From Methanobacteriota archaeon (GTDB taxonomy: Archaea > Halobacteriota > Methanocellia > Methanocellales > Methanocellaceae), in contig JAEZKS010000243.1 in the NCBI GenBank assembly GCA_023436075.1, forward strand, positions 1 to 37,323: DNA of 37,323 nucleotides, written 5' to 3'. Positions 1 through 8,246 of the stretch are shown here, one piece after another. How positions within the stretch are numbered: the first letter of the stretch is position 1; each line of letters begins with the position of its first letter. Position numbers and translations under genes: made by a program. The notes below the pieces were generated by a model that had not been told where the DNA came from, did no database searches, and worked only from the letters and a program-made list of their open reading frames with translations.

Positions 1-345
1 CCACTAAACCACTAATTCAAAGGCACTAAGCCCACGAACGTCTCCAAGTTTAAAACACGAATAAGGTCACTAAAACCACTAAACCACCAACGATAACGCC
101 AATTCGCATCGGCCTGTAAAACTCGCACTTCCCAATCGCTTACACGACAACGAAGTCACAGAGCCGGCGTTGGTACTTTTTGTGCTCTTCGTGACCTTTT
201 TAGTGTTTTAAACTTGGTGACCTTGGAGACTTTAGTGCCTTTGAATTCGTGATTTAGTGAATTTCGGGTTTCAACCGTTCCCTTCGTGCCTTTAGTGCTT
301 TTAGTGGAAATAAAAAAAGTTTCGTGTTTTCGTGATTCGACGCAC
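1..345. repeat. Long imperfect inverted repeat (foldback element, CAC[G/T]AA-periodic family), left arm cut by window edge
   Basis: 11-30 ACTAATTCAAAGGCACTAAG matches the reverse complement of 231-250 at 18/20. 41-73 matches the reverse complement of 188-220. Both give a centre at ~130. Left arm is rich in CACTAA/CACGAA, right arm in TTAGTG/TTCGTG. Confidence 0.85.
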
Positions 346-356
346 AGTATAAAAGC

Positions 357-1334
357 TCACGGGGCGAGAGCCTTGCGCAGCAGATCGCCCGCCAGGCCTA
401 CGGCACCTCGCGCGGCTGGCGTGTCTGCAAGCGGGTTCAGCATGATCATGTCGTGGACGATTCCAAGGAACCGTACGGCGGTTGTCTGGACTCCCGCGTC
501 CATCAGCTTGTGGGCGTATGCCTCGCCCTCGTCCCGCAGGACGTCGTACTCGTTGGTGACCACCAGCGCCGGGGGCAGGCCTTTCAGCTGATCGGCCGAG
601 GCCCGCAGCGGAGACGCCATCGGCCCTTTCCTCGCTTCCTTGTCGGGCAGGTAATTGTCCCAGAACCACTTCATGCTCTCCTTTGACAACCAGTAGCCGT
701 CGGCGAACTGCCGGTATGATCCGGTCTCGAAGCTGGCATCGGTCACCGGGTAGAATAGCGCCTGGAACAGGATGCGTGGCCCTTTCCTCTGCTTTGCCAT
801 CATTGCGACGACAGCAGTCATGTTTCCGCCTACGCTATCCCCCGCAATGGCGAGCCTGGAACTGTCCAGGTTGTGCTTACGACCATTCTCCGCCACGTAT
901 TCCATCGCACGATAGTCTTGCTCGATCGCGACGGGATATTTCGCTTCGGGAGAACGTTCGTAATCGACAAATACCAGTGCTGATCCCGACAGGTTCGAGA
1001 GAGCACGCACCGTCCGCTCGAAAATCTTAAAATCACCAAGCACCCAGCCCCCGCCGTGGAAGTACATCGTGACAGGGAGCATTCCGGTACTACCCTGCGG
1101 CCTGACGATGTGGACGTGAACATTCCCGGTCGGCCCTCCTGGTATGTCTATTTCCTCTATACTCGCAGGCATCATTGGTACTGCACTCGAATCCTGCAAC
1201 TCAGATAGTACAGCTCGTGCCTTGTCCGGCGACATCTTGTAGATCGGCGGACCGCTTGTTGCGTTTATCTTATCGAGAAATGCCCTGGCGACAGGATCGA
1301 TACCGCTTAGCATGCCTGTGGTTTCTGTGCTCAT
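357..1334 (-). CDS. Alpha/beta hydrolase, hormone-sensitive-lipase (family IV) esterase
   Basis: HGGG oxyanion motif (YFHGGGW), GDSVGG nucleophile elbow, DVLRDEG and IVHD catalytic Asp/His. Start trimmed from ORF 1493 to ATG 1334 (MSTETT), preceded by GAGGATGA; the longer N-terminus runs through repeat DNA. Confidence 0.92.
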   Translation of the reverse strand: MSTETTGMLSGIDPVARAFLDKINATSGPPIYKMSPDKARAVLSELQDSSAVPMMPASIEEIDIPGGPTGNVHVHIVRPQGSTGMLPVTMYFHGGGWVLGDFKIFERTVRALSNLSGSALVFVDYERSPEAKYPVAIEQDYRAMEYVAENGRKHNLDSSRLAIAGDSVGGNMTAVVAMMAKQRKGPRILFQALFYPVTDASFETGSYRQFADGYWLSKESMKWFWDNYLPDKEARKGPMASPLRASADQLKGLPPALVVTNEYDVLRDEGEAYAHKLMDAGVQTTAVRFLGIVHDMIMLNPLADTPAARGAVGLAGDLLRKALAP

Positions 1335-1386
1335 TGATCTCATCCTCATTCCGGGTAGATACATGGCGAGAATGAAGTATCTCCTG

Positions 1387-1457
1387 AAGGCCGGAGCGGA
1401 GAGATGAGAACCCGATGGCCAAACAAGATGGCCCGGCGATCCGGTCGCGCGCGCGTG
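1387..1457. repeat. Direct-repeat unit A (ATGAGAACCCG ... CCGGTCGCGCGCGCGTG), left of foldback element
   Basis: ATGAGAACCCG is exact at 1404-1414 and 1758-1768, with similar upstream context and a CG-rich core at 1446-1457. Confidence 0.65.
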
Positions 1458-1504
1458 TTTGTTTTTATCGCGGGGAAATGCGATGATTTTCAAACCACTG
1501 GAAA

Positions 1505-1722
1505 CGTTCTCCTTTGGCTCCGGATCTCCTCTGCTCCTTATAAAAAAGTCGTTCTCCTCTTCTCCTTTTTCTCTTATACTCTACCGCTGCTCCGCGAATT
1601 CCTCTGCTCAACGACGGGAGATGAGGAGGAAAACGGAGTTGCGGTAGAGACCGGGAGTTTAAAGGAGAAGAGGAGTACGATTATAAAAAGGGAGCAAAAG
1701 AGATCCGGAGCCAAAGGAGACG
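1505..1722. repeat. ~220-bp foldback element, CTCC/GGAG-periodic family
   Basis: TCTCCTTTGGCTCCGGATCTC in the left arm is the exact reverse complement of GAGATCCGGAGCCAAAGGAGA in the right arm. Further pairings: CTCCTCTTCTCCTTT/AAAGGAGAAGAGGAG and CTCTACCGC/GCGGTAGAG. Small loop near 1610. Confidence 0.9.
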
Positions 1723-1740
1723 ATCTTACTTATAGGCTTC

Positions 1741-1790
1741 AAGGCTCGGCGGCAGACATGAGAACCCGGCATCCGGCCACGCGCGCACAC
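1741..1790. repeat. Direct-repeat unit B (ATGAGAACCCGGCATCCGGCCACGCGCGC), right of foldback element
   Basis: Second copy of the unit at 1387-1457. Confidence 0.65.
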
Positions 1791-1827
1791 GAGGAAAAGA
1801 CCGGGCAATTCACGCTTTCCGGCCCGG

Positions 1828-2706
1828 TCACTTCTTAATGGGCTTCAGCGAGGCCGCGTATTTTTGCATCCCCTGCCACGGGTCGCCTTTTTCCGAGACT
1901 CTCTTCAGCACATTGCGAATGTTATAGCTCTGTGAGTCGATCTGGTCCAGCTCATCCCATTCGACAGGCGTGGCCACAGGGGCACCGGGCTTAGCCCGTA
2001 CTGTGTACGGCGCGACTTTGGTCTGGCCGAAGGCGTTCCGTGTGTAGTCGATGAAAAGCCTATGGCCTCGCTTGTCCTTGCGGGTCTCGGTAGTGAAGCT
2101 GTCAGGGATCGACCAGGCCAGCTTCTCGGCCAGCTCCCGTGCCCATGCGCGCACCGTATCGAAATCGGCGGACATGTCAAGCGGCGTCACTACGTGGAGC
2201 CCGCGAGAGCCAGTGGTCATGACGAAGGTAGACATGTCCATGTCCTGTAGCTTGGCCCGGATGGTCCTGGCTGCAAACCGAACGATGTCGAAGTCATCGT
2301 CTGGAGGATCGAGGTCGAATACCAGCATGTCAGGATGGTTGAGTCTGCCGGCGCGGCTGTTCCAGACGTGCTGGGTGATACAGTCCTGGTTAGCGATCCA
2401 TACCAGCGTCGCCGCGTCGTTGCCGAGGAGCTGCCGCTGCCTGCGCCCGTCCTGCAGTTCGAAGGCGACCGTCCTGATCCATTCCGGCGCGTAGTATGGC
2501 GCCTCTTTCTGGAAAAAATCTGGCCTGTCGATGCCGTCGGGATAACGCTGCATGGTCAGCGGGCGATCTTTGATGAGCGGGACCATGAAGCCGGAGACTT
2601 TGTGAAAATATTCGACCAGCTCACCTTTAGTGATGTCGTCCTCCGGAAACAGCACCTTGTCCGGGTGAGTGATCTTCACTTCTCTCGAATCGACTTCGAC
2701 CTGCAT
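1828..2706 (-). CDS. ligD: LigD-type primase-polymerase domain protein (NHEJ polymerase, stand-alone)
   Basis: THPDKVLFP, QRYPDG, FFQKE, PDMLVFDLDP, TTGSRGLHV, FIDYTRN and APYTVRA..GAPVATPVEWDEL motifs of the LigD Pol domain. No ligase or phosphoesterase domain in 292 aa. Confidence 0.9.
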   Translation of the reverse strand: MQVEVDSREVKITHPDKVLFPEDDITKGELVEYFHKVSGFMVPLIKDRPLTMQRYPDGIDRPDFFQKEAPYYAPEWIRTVAFELQDGRRQRQLLGNDAATLVWIANQDCITQHVWNSRAGRLNHPDMLVFDLDPPDDDFDIVRFAARTIRAKLQDMDMSTFVMTTGSRGLHVVTPLDMSADFDTVRAWARELAEKLAWSIPDSFTTETRKDKRGHRLFIDYTRNAFGQTKVAPYTVRAKPGAPVATPVEWDELDQIDSQSYNIRNVLKRVSEKGDPWQGMQKYAASLKPIKK

Positions 2707-2880
2707 GCCGTAACGTCCTCATCATTAACATGAGTTCCCGGGATAAATAAGACACTGTAGATACAATGAACGCAAGGGGTATCCCCAGGTATATTAACAG
2801 GATCAACGGGGTGTGCGATGGCCGTCGTGTCAGCCATGTAATCATTATAATATTTATATTAGCTCGGATAAACTCAGAGG

Positions 2881-3960
2881 TTGCTAATGCAACCGCTACC
2901 TCCTCATGACGAAAAGAAAAGCCGGGGCCTGCTGCTCGTCGGTATCATCGCCATAGCTGTCATCATCCTCATCGTGGCCGCCGTGGGTTACATGTACCTT
3001 GATGACCGGAACCAGAAGCGGGAAAAGCTGAAGCAGACGTTCAGCGACCAGAGAGACGAGACAGACCGGCTGTACGCGCTAATCAGCAGCTACAAGGCAG
3101 CTGACAACAAGAACGAGCTCGACGGCTTCAGGAACTGGATCGACGGGTACCGGACACTGGCGGACAATTACTCGCAGGCTGTCGCGTCGCTCGTGGCTAA
3201 TGCAGACGAATATCAGGGGATGCTCTCGGAAGGGACTGACGAGTACTCGGACGTGTCGGTAGCATGCAGCCGCGCTAACCAGACCTTGAAATCGATAAAC
3301 GACACGATCGCGGACTATGAGAGAGAATACCAGTCACGATTGGGCACGAAAAACGAGGCCTACGCGAACTACGAGCTTGCCATAAACCAGTCGCTGGCAC
3401 AATACGACTCGGCATGGAAGCTGATGCAGGACAGCGCGAACTTCAAGCGGTATGGCGGCTATCTTGCTTTCCTGGCTACCTGCGAGAAGAACAACACCAG
3501 GTATAACGATAGTATCACTTTGGTCCGGGACCTGGGAGCCATCTATCAGAGATACCTGAATGGCAACGATTATTATGCCGTTAACTGGACCATCCTGGAC
3601 CTGCATGATAAATATGGGAACCTCAGCAAGAAATACGATGAGCTGTCAAAGGTAAAGCCCGTAGTCAACCTGATCGAAAAGGATGTGACCACTGCAGCAT
3701 CTGTCGAGAAAGGGCTATACAAGATAATCACTTTCGTGCTGGAGAACGAGAATAGAAGGAACGAAACGCTCCCGATGAAAATCTGGAACGTGGTCGTCCA
3801 CTACTCGCTCGTCAACTTGGCTACCGGCGATGTCAGGAGTACCTGCGATGTCCCCGTGACCGTCACGAACTATTATATGACGGACGACCACTTTGTAACA
3901 CTGCCATGCGATCAAAAAGTGAATTATACGACCGCGTACACGATTAGCTTCGAGTACTAA
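2881..3960 (+). CDS. Hypothetical single-pass membrane protein, helical extracellular region, probable glycoprotein
   Basis: 359-aa ORF (TTG 2881 or ATG 2887) with an N-terminal hydrophobic anchor LLLVGIIAIAVIILIVAAVGY, about ten N-x-S/T sequons, and an AT-rich TATA-like tract at 2845-2860. Confidence 0.8.
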   Translation: MLMQPLPPHDEKKSRGLLLVGIIAIAVIILIVAAVGYMYLDDRNQKREKLKQTFSDQRDETDRLYALISSYKAADNKNELDGFRNWIDGYRTLADNYSQAVASLVANADEYQGMLSEGTDEYSDVSVACSRANQTLKSINDTIADYEREYQSRLGTKNEAYANYELAINQSLAQYDSAWKLMQDSANFKRYGGYLAFLATCEKNNTRYNDSITLVRDLGAIYQRYLNGNDYYAVNWTILDLHDKYGNLSKKYDELSKVKPVVNLIEKDVTTAASVEKGLYKIITFVLENENRRNETLPMKIWNVVVHYSLVNLATGDVRSTCDVPVTVTNYYMTDDHFVTLPCDQKVNYTTAYTISFEY

Positions 3961-3981
3961 TCGAGTGACATGGGCAAAAAG

Positions 3982-4824
3982 TTATTTGAGAGACGCAAAG
4001 TCTACGTCCATTTTTCCGTCGTAAACGGTTTCTGCGCCGCCCTCCATGAAGGCGATGTCGTGGACGAAGGTGATTTTCAGCGTTCCGCCCTTCGTGTGAA
4101 CGAGCGTAGAGTCGCGCACGTAGCCGAGATGCCTGGCGACGGCGGCCACAGCTACCGAGCCGGTGCCACAGCTCAGCGTTTCGCCCTCGACGCCACGCTC
4201 GTACGTCCGCACCTGCAGGTCCGGGCCTTCGCGCTGGACGAAGTTTACGTTCGCGCCCTTCGGGAAGCGCTTATCATGGCGGATCGGGGGCGCCGACTTC
4301 TCGATATCGACCTCGTCCACGGACGGGACGAAGATGACTGCGTGAGGGACGCCGGTGTTGACCGCAGATACCTCGAAGCCTCCCACGGGCATGTTCAGGA
4401 AATCACCTATTCCGGTGGCAGGAATTTTGGCCGGGTCGAACAGCGGCTTGCCCATGTTCACTTTGACGACGGCCCTGCCGTCCTCGTACCGGCCCTCGAC
4501 CTCCAGGACACCTGCCTTGGTCTCGACCTTAGCGACACCTGGTTTCATGTAGTCGTTGTCCATGGCATACTTGACGAAACAGCGGACGCCATTGCCGCAC
4601 ATCTCCGCCTCGCTGCCGTCCTCGTTGAAGATCCGCATGTGCAGCGGAGCGTGCAACGGCTTCGCGAAGAAGACTACGCCGTCGGCGCCTATGCCTGTCC
4701 TGCGGTGGCAGTACTTGCGGGTAAAGGCGGATTTCTTGTCATCAGGCACCGGATAGTCGTACTCGTTGACGACAATGAAGTCGTTGCCGTTGCCGTGCAT
4801 CTTGGTGAATTTCAGCTCCGTCAT
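3982..4824 (-). CDS. dapF: Diaminopimelate epimerase
   Basis: FTKMHGNGNDF, GIGADG, NEDGSEAEMCGNGVRC, NTGVPH, NVNF and RTYERGVEGETLSCGTG motifs with both catalytic Cys. Confidence 0.97.
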   Translation of the reverse strand: MTELKFTKMHGNGNDFIVVNEYDYPVPDDKKSAFTRKYCHRRTGIGADGVVFFAKPLHAPLHMRIFNEDGSEAEMCGNGVRCFVKYAMDNDYMKPGVAKVETKAGVLEVEGRYEDGRAVVKVNMGKPLFDPAKIPATGIGDFLNMPVGGFEVSAVNTGVPHAVIFVPSVDEVDIEKSAPPIRHDKRFPKGANVNFVQREGPDLQVRTYERGVEGETLSCGTGSVAVAAVARHLGYVRDSTLVHTKGGTLKITFVHDIAFMEGGAETVYDGKMDVDFASLK

Positions 4825-6104
4825 AGCAGCCTCCCCGGCACGAGCTGGTTCTGGAGCAGGTCGTCGATGGTCTCCCGCTTGCGGATCAGCTCGGCCTGGC
4901 CGTCGTGGACGAGCACTTCGGCGCTCCGGGGCCGGGCGAGGTACTGGGAGCTCATGCAGAAGCCGTAGGCGCCAGCATCGAGCAGCGCCAGGATGTCGCC
5001 CTTGCGCACCGCAGGCAATTTCCGGTCCGTGGCCAGAATGTCGCCGGACTCACAGACCGGGCCTACGACAGTGTACGTGTCAGCCGGAGCCTGGTCGGCC
5101 TTGTTGGCGATGACGGCCTCGTGGTACGAGTCGTACATGGCCGGGCGGATGAGCGTGTTGAAGCCTGCGTCCGTGCCTATGAAGTGGGACGACGATTTTT
5201 TCACCGTGTTTACCTGCATCAGCAGGACAGTGGTGTCGGCGACGATGTACCGGCCGGGCTCCAGATGCAGCTCCGGGCTGATGCCCAGCTTTTTACACCG
5301 TTCGCGGAACACGGGCAGAATGGCGTCTGCCCAGACCTTCGGGTTGGTCGGCGGAATGTTTTTCTGGTAGGGCACACCGTAGCCGCCCCCGATGTCGACC
5401 CATTCGAGGTCGACGAAGCCGGAGATTTGCTCGACGAGGTCCATCATCTTCGCCGTAGCCTCGGCGAAGGGAGCGGCGTCGAGAATCGTGGAGCCGATGT
5501 GGCAGTGGATGCCCGCGGGGTTCACGCCCGGCAGGTCTGCCGCCTCTTTGTAGATGCCGACGATATCCTTGCGTGGGATGCCGAACTTGGACTTCGCCAG
5601 GCCGGTAGCCAGCTTGGGATGGATGCGGGCGTCCACGTCGGGGTTCACCCGGAAGGCGATGTCGATCTCCTTGCCTGCGGCGTCGGCGATCTTCGAGAGC
5701 GCGACGAGCTCGTCGTGGCTGTCCACAGAGACCATGGTCCCTGCGTCCACCGCATACTTGAGCTCTGCGTCGGTCTTGGAATTGCCGGTGAACAGAATCT
5801 TCTCTGCGGGAATGCCGGCGAGCCGGGCCAGGTAGATCTCGCCGTCGGAGAACGCATCGGCACCCGCCCCTTCCTGGGCGAGTATCCGCTGGACGACGAG
5901 GCTGTTGTTGGACTTGGCGGCGAAGAAGATGTGCGCTTCCGGGAATGCCGCCGCAAACCGACGGTAGTTAGCCCGAAGACGGTCCTCGCTCGTCACGTAG
6001 AGCGGCGTGCCGTATTCCTTCGCCAGACTGACGGTGTCGGCCCCGCCGATGTGCAGGTGCCCGTTCTTTACCTCGAGGTGGCCCGGTATCTCGAAGGGCA
6101 TCAT
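4821..6104 (-). CDS. lysA: Diaminopimelate decarboxylase
   Basis: YGTPLYV, AAKSN (PLP Lys), SKFG, HCHIGS, DIGGG, LEPGRY, RPAMY and GPVCESGD. Start trimmed to ATG 6104, which overlaps the dapL stop (ATGA). Confidence 0.96.
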   Translation of the reverse strand: MMPFEIPGHLEVKNGHLHIGGADTVSLAKEYGTPLYVTSEDRLRANYRRFAAAFPEAHIFFAAKSNNSLVVQRILAQEGAGADAFSDGEIYLARLAGIPAEKILFTGNSKTDAELKYAVDAGTMVSVDSHDELVALSKIADAAGKEIDIAFRVNPDVDARIHPKLATGLAKSKFGIPRKDIVGIYKEAADLPGVNPAGIHCHIGSTILDAAPFAEATAKMMDLVEQISGFVDLEWVDIGGGYGVPYQKNIPPTNPKVWADAILPVFRERCKKLGISPELHLEPGRYIVADTTVLLMQVNTVKKSSSHFIGTDAGFNTLIRPAMYDSYHEAVIANKADQAPADTYTVVGPVCESGDILATDRKLPAVRKGDILALLDAGAYGFCMSSQYLARPRSAEVLVHDGQAELIRKRETIDDLLQNQLVPGRLL

Positions 6105-7258
6105 AGCTTCTTCATCCTCTCGACGGCCTGGTTGATGCGTTCGATGGGGCTGGTCAGCGAGAAGCGGATGTAGCCTTCGCCGTACTTGCCAAAGCCCGAG
6201 CCCGGAGTGCCAACGATGCCCGCCTTGTCCAGCAGGTACTTCGCGTATTCGATAGAACTGTACTTCTTCGGCACTGGCGTCCACACGTAGAACGTCGCCT
6301 TCGGCGGGGTCACGTCGAGGCCCATGGACTTCAGCCCGGAGCACAGGGCGTCCCGCCGGGCCTGGTACATCCTGTTCAGCCCTGGCAGGAAGTCTTTCGA
6401 GCCTTCCAGCGCAGCGATGCCGGCCGTCTGAACGGCTATGAACGTCCCTGAGTCGACGTTCATCTTGATCTTGCCAAGGCCGGCCACGATGTCGGCGTTG
6501 CCGACGGCGAAGCCGAGGCGCCAGCCGGTCATGTTGGATGTCTTGCTGAGGGAGTGTATCTCGATGCAGCAGTCCATGGCGCCGGGGACCTCCAGGATGC
6601 TCGGGGCCTTGTAGCCGTCATAGGCGATCTCGGAGTATGCATTGTCAGATACGACCACGATGCCATGATCCTTGCCGAAGTCGACGACCTCCTTGAAATG
6701 TTTCTTATCGGCGGTCGCAGCAGTCGGGTTGTTCGGGTAATTGATGAATAGCATCTTCGTCTTCTTGATAGCGTCCTTCGGAATCTTCGAGAGATCGGGC
6801 TTGAAGCCGTTCTCCGCAAGCAGAGGCATATCGACAGGCTGGCCGCCCGCGAACGCCGTGCCGATGGCGTACACCGTGTAGCCCGGGTTGGGACAGAGCG
6901 TGACGTCGCCGGGGTTCACGAACGCCAGCGGGATGTGGGCGATGCCTTCCTTAGAGCCGATGAGGGTGAGGACTTCGGTCGACGGAGTCAGCCTGACGCC
7001 GAACCGGCCCTTGAACCAATCCGCAGCAGCCTCGCGGAAAGAGGTGGAGCCCGAGTAGGCCGGGTACTGGTGCGTGGCCGGGTCATGGGCTGCCTTGCAG
7101 AGCTCCGCGATCACGTAGTCAGGCGTGGGCGTGTCCGGGTCACCGACGCCGAAATCGATGACGTCGACGCCCTCTTTGATCTTCTGGTGCTTGGCCCGGT
7201 CAACCTCGGCGAAGAGGTAGGGCGGCAATGCAGTAATCCTGTCAGCATATTTGACCAT
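6101..7258 (-). CDS. dapL: LL-diaminopimelate aminotransferase (class I/II PLP enzyme)
   Basis: LPPYLFA, GVGDPD, LIGSKEGIAH, NYPNNPT, DNAY and HSLSKTSNMTGWRLG. Operonic with lysA and dapF. Start trimmed to MVKYADR at 7258. Confidence 0.9.
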   Translation of the reverse strand: MVKYADRITALPPYLFAEVDRAKHQKIKEGVDVIDFGVGDPDTPTPDYVIAELCKAAHDPATHQYPAYSGSTSFREAAADWFKGRFGVRLTPSTEVLTLIGSKEGIAHIPLAFVNPGDVTLCPNPGYTVYAIGTAFAGGQPVDMPLLAENGFKPDLSKIPKDAIKKTKMLFINYPNNPTAATADKKHFKEVVDFGKDHGIVVVSDNAYSEIAYDGYKAPSILEVPGAMDCCIEIHSLSKTSNMTGWRLGFAVGNADIVAGLGKIKMNVDSGTFIAVQTAGIAALEGSKDFLPGLNRMYQARRDALCSGLKSMGLDVTPPKATFYVWTPVPKKYSSIEYAKYLLDKAGIVGTPGSGFGKYGEGYIRFSLTSPIERINQAVERMKKL

Positions 7259-7315
7259 CGGGAAATGACGCTCCTGTAAATGCGGACTGTCAGTCCGGTT
7301 ACTAATAATGATGAA

Positions 7316-7331
7316 AGGTATAAATAAACCT
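7316..7331 (-). promoter_or_regulatory. Probable TATA box of dapL-lysA-dapF operon
   Basis: Minus strand reads GGTTTATTTATACC about 60-70 nt upstream of the dapL start. Confidence 0.45.
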
Positions 7332-7474
7332 GTTCTCTCGGGGAATGCCCGCCGGGCCACCGGAGGAGTGTAAATGGATTGTGATACGTGTCAATAAATT
7401 GTGAGACAGCGGTTATATACGCCACCCTCGTAGCATTGATCAGGGCGAAAAGCCCGCGATTTGGAGGTAAACGT

Positions 7475-7942
7475 ATGAAATCATCTCGCATAATCGCCGG
7501 CGCCGTCTGCGCAGCGATTATAGTCTCTGCTGCTTCCGTCGTGTATTTTCAACATACATCAACGGCAAGCGCTGAGCAAATCACCGTAACCGGCTCGAAG
7601 GTTTTGCCGGACATAACGCCCGGTCCCGATACGATCTACGGCTATGTCAAAGACAAGAATCTGAACGGCATTCCAGGGGCTACCGTGAGCATATACAATG
7701 TCAACGTTGTCGACGGTTATCCGCTAAGCGACGGACTCGTCGATATTACGGGTAACCCGGTCACGACCGCTTCTGACGACTCTGTCGGGTTCTATGCCTT
7801 CGAAGGCCTGCAGCCAGGGTACTATAACGTCACGGCTGAGAAGAACGGACACTTATGGTTCGCCATCGTGAACGTTACGGGCTCAGACGTTAACGGAGTA
7901 GAATGCTTCGTTGCGATCCCGGACTACGTAAACCCAGCTTAA
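7475..7942 (+). CDS. Secreted/membrane-anchored carboxypeptidase-regulatory-like (Ig-like) domain protein
   Basis: ATG 7475 follows GGAGGT. N-terminal signal/anchor, then the pattern TIYGYVKD..GIPGATVSI..T...GFYAFEGLQPGYYNVTAEK. Confidence 0.8.
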   Translation: MKSSRIIAGAVCAAIIVSAASVVYFQHTSTASAEQITVTGSKVLPDITPGPDTIYGYVKDKNLNGIPGATVSIYNVNVVDGYPLSDGLVDITGNPVTTASDDSVGFYAFEGLQPGYYNVTAEKNGHLWFAIVNVTGSDVNGVECFVAIPDYVNPA

Positions 7943-7955
7943 TAATGAGAATCTG

Positions 7956-8002
7956 CCCCGGTTAAAAAGTCGGGCCATTTACTCTTTTTATTTTTTTTTT
8001 CT
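7956..8002 (+). terminator. Probable terminator (short GC stem plus long T tract)
   Basis: GCCCCG..CGGGC followed by TCTTTTTATTTTTTTTTTCT just after the stop at 7942. Confidence 0.55.
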
Positions 8003-8108
8003 CATAGCCTTTTAAGGTAGCGAACTATCTTTCGAAGTATCCAGCGTATACAAGGAGCTCTTCTGCTCAGTTATGCGTGTACGGAGAATGCCGGGCTATC
8101 CACGATTT

Positions 8109-8221
8109 ATCATTCGCGGTATCCTCGTGGTAAAGCGCTTTGTTTAGAACTTTTCAAAAGACTATGCAGGTGTACGAGTGTCGGCCATTGGAAAGTCTAC
8201 ACAAAAGGATACGCGAATGAT
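8109..8221. repeat. Imperfect inverted repeat between convergent genes
   Basis: ATCATTCGCGGTATCCT (8109-8125) pairs with AGGATACGCGAATGAT (8206-8221). Inner TTTGTTTAGAACTTTTCAA pairs with TTGGAAAGTCTACACAAA. Confidence 0.7.
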
Positions 8222-8246
8222 TAATATCAGAAGATAGACAGGTCAG

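Noticed and set aside
1404..1838. ORFs over intergenic repeats (286-591, 1404-1838, 1459-1647, 20042-20848, 36104-36313)
   Set aside because: Low-complexity translations of palindromic/periodic DNA or overlaps with real genes. No RBS or motif support.
4905..6173. Long antisense or overlapping ORFs (e.g. 3970-4968, 4905-6173, 11778-12692, 24359-25438, 30932-31954, 32049-33122)
   Set aside because: Shadows of GC-rich genes with strong codon bias. They fully overlap well-supported CDSs and have no recognisable motifs.
6105..6344. N-terminal extensions of lysA, dapL, esterase and hisF-like ORFs in the ORF track
   Set aside because: Extensions overlap upstream genes or promoters. Downstream starts match family N-termini and, for lysA, give an ATGA coupling.
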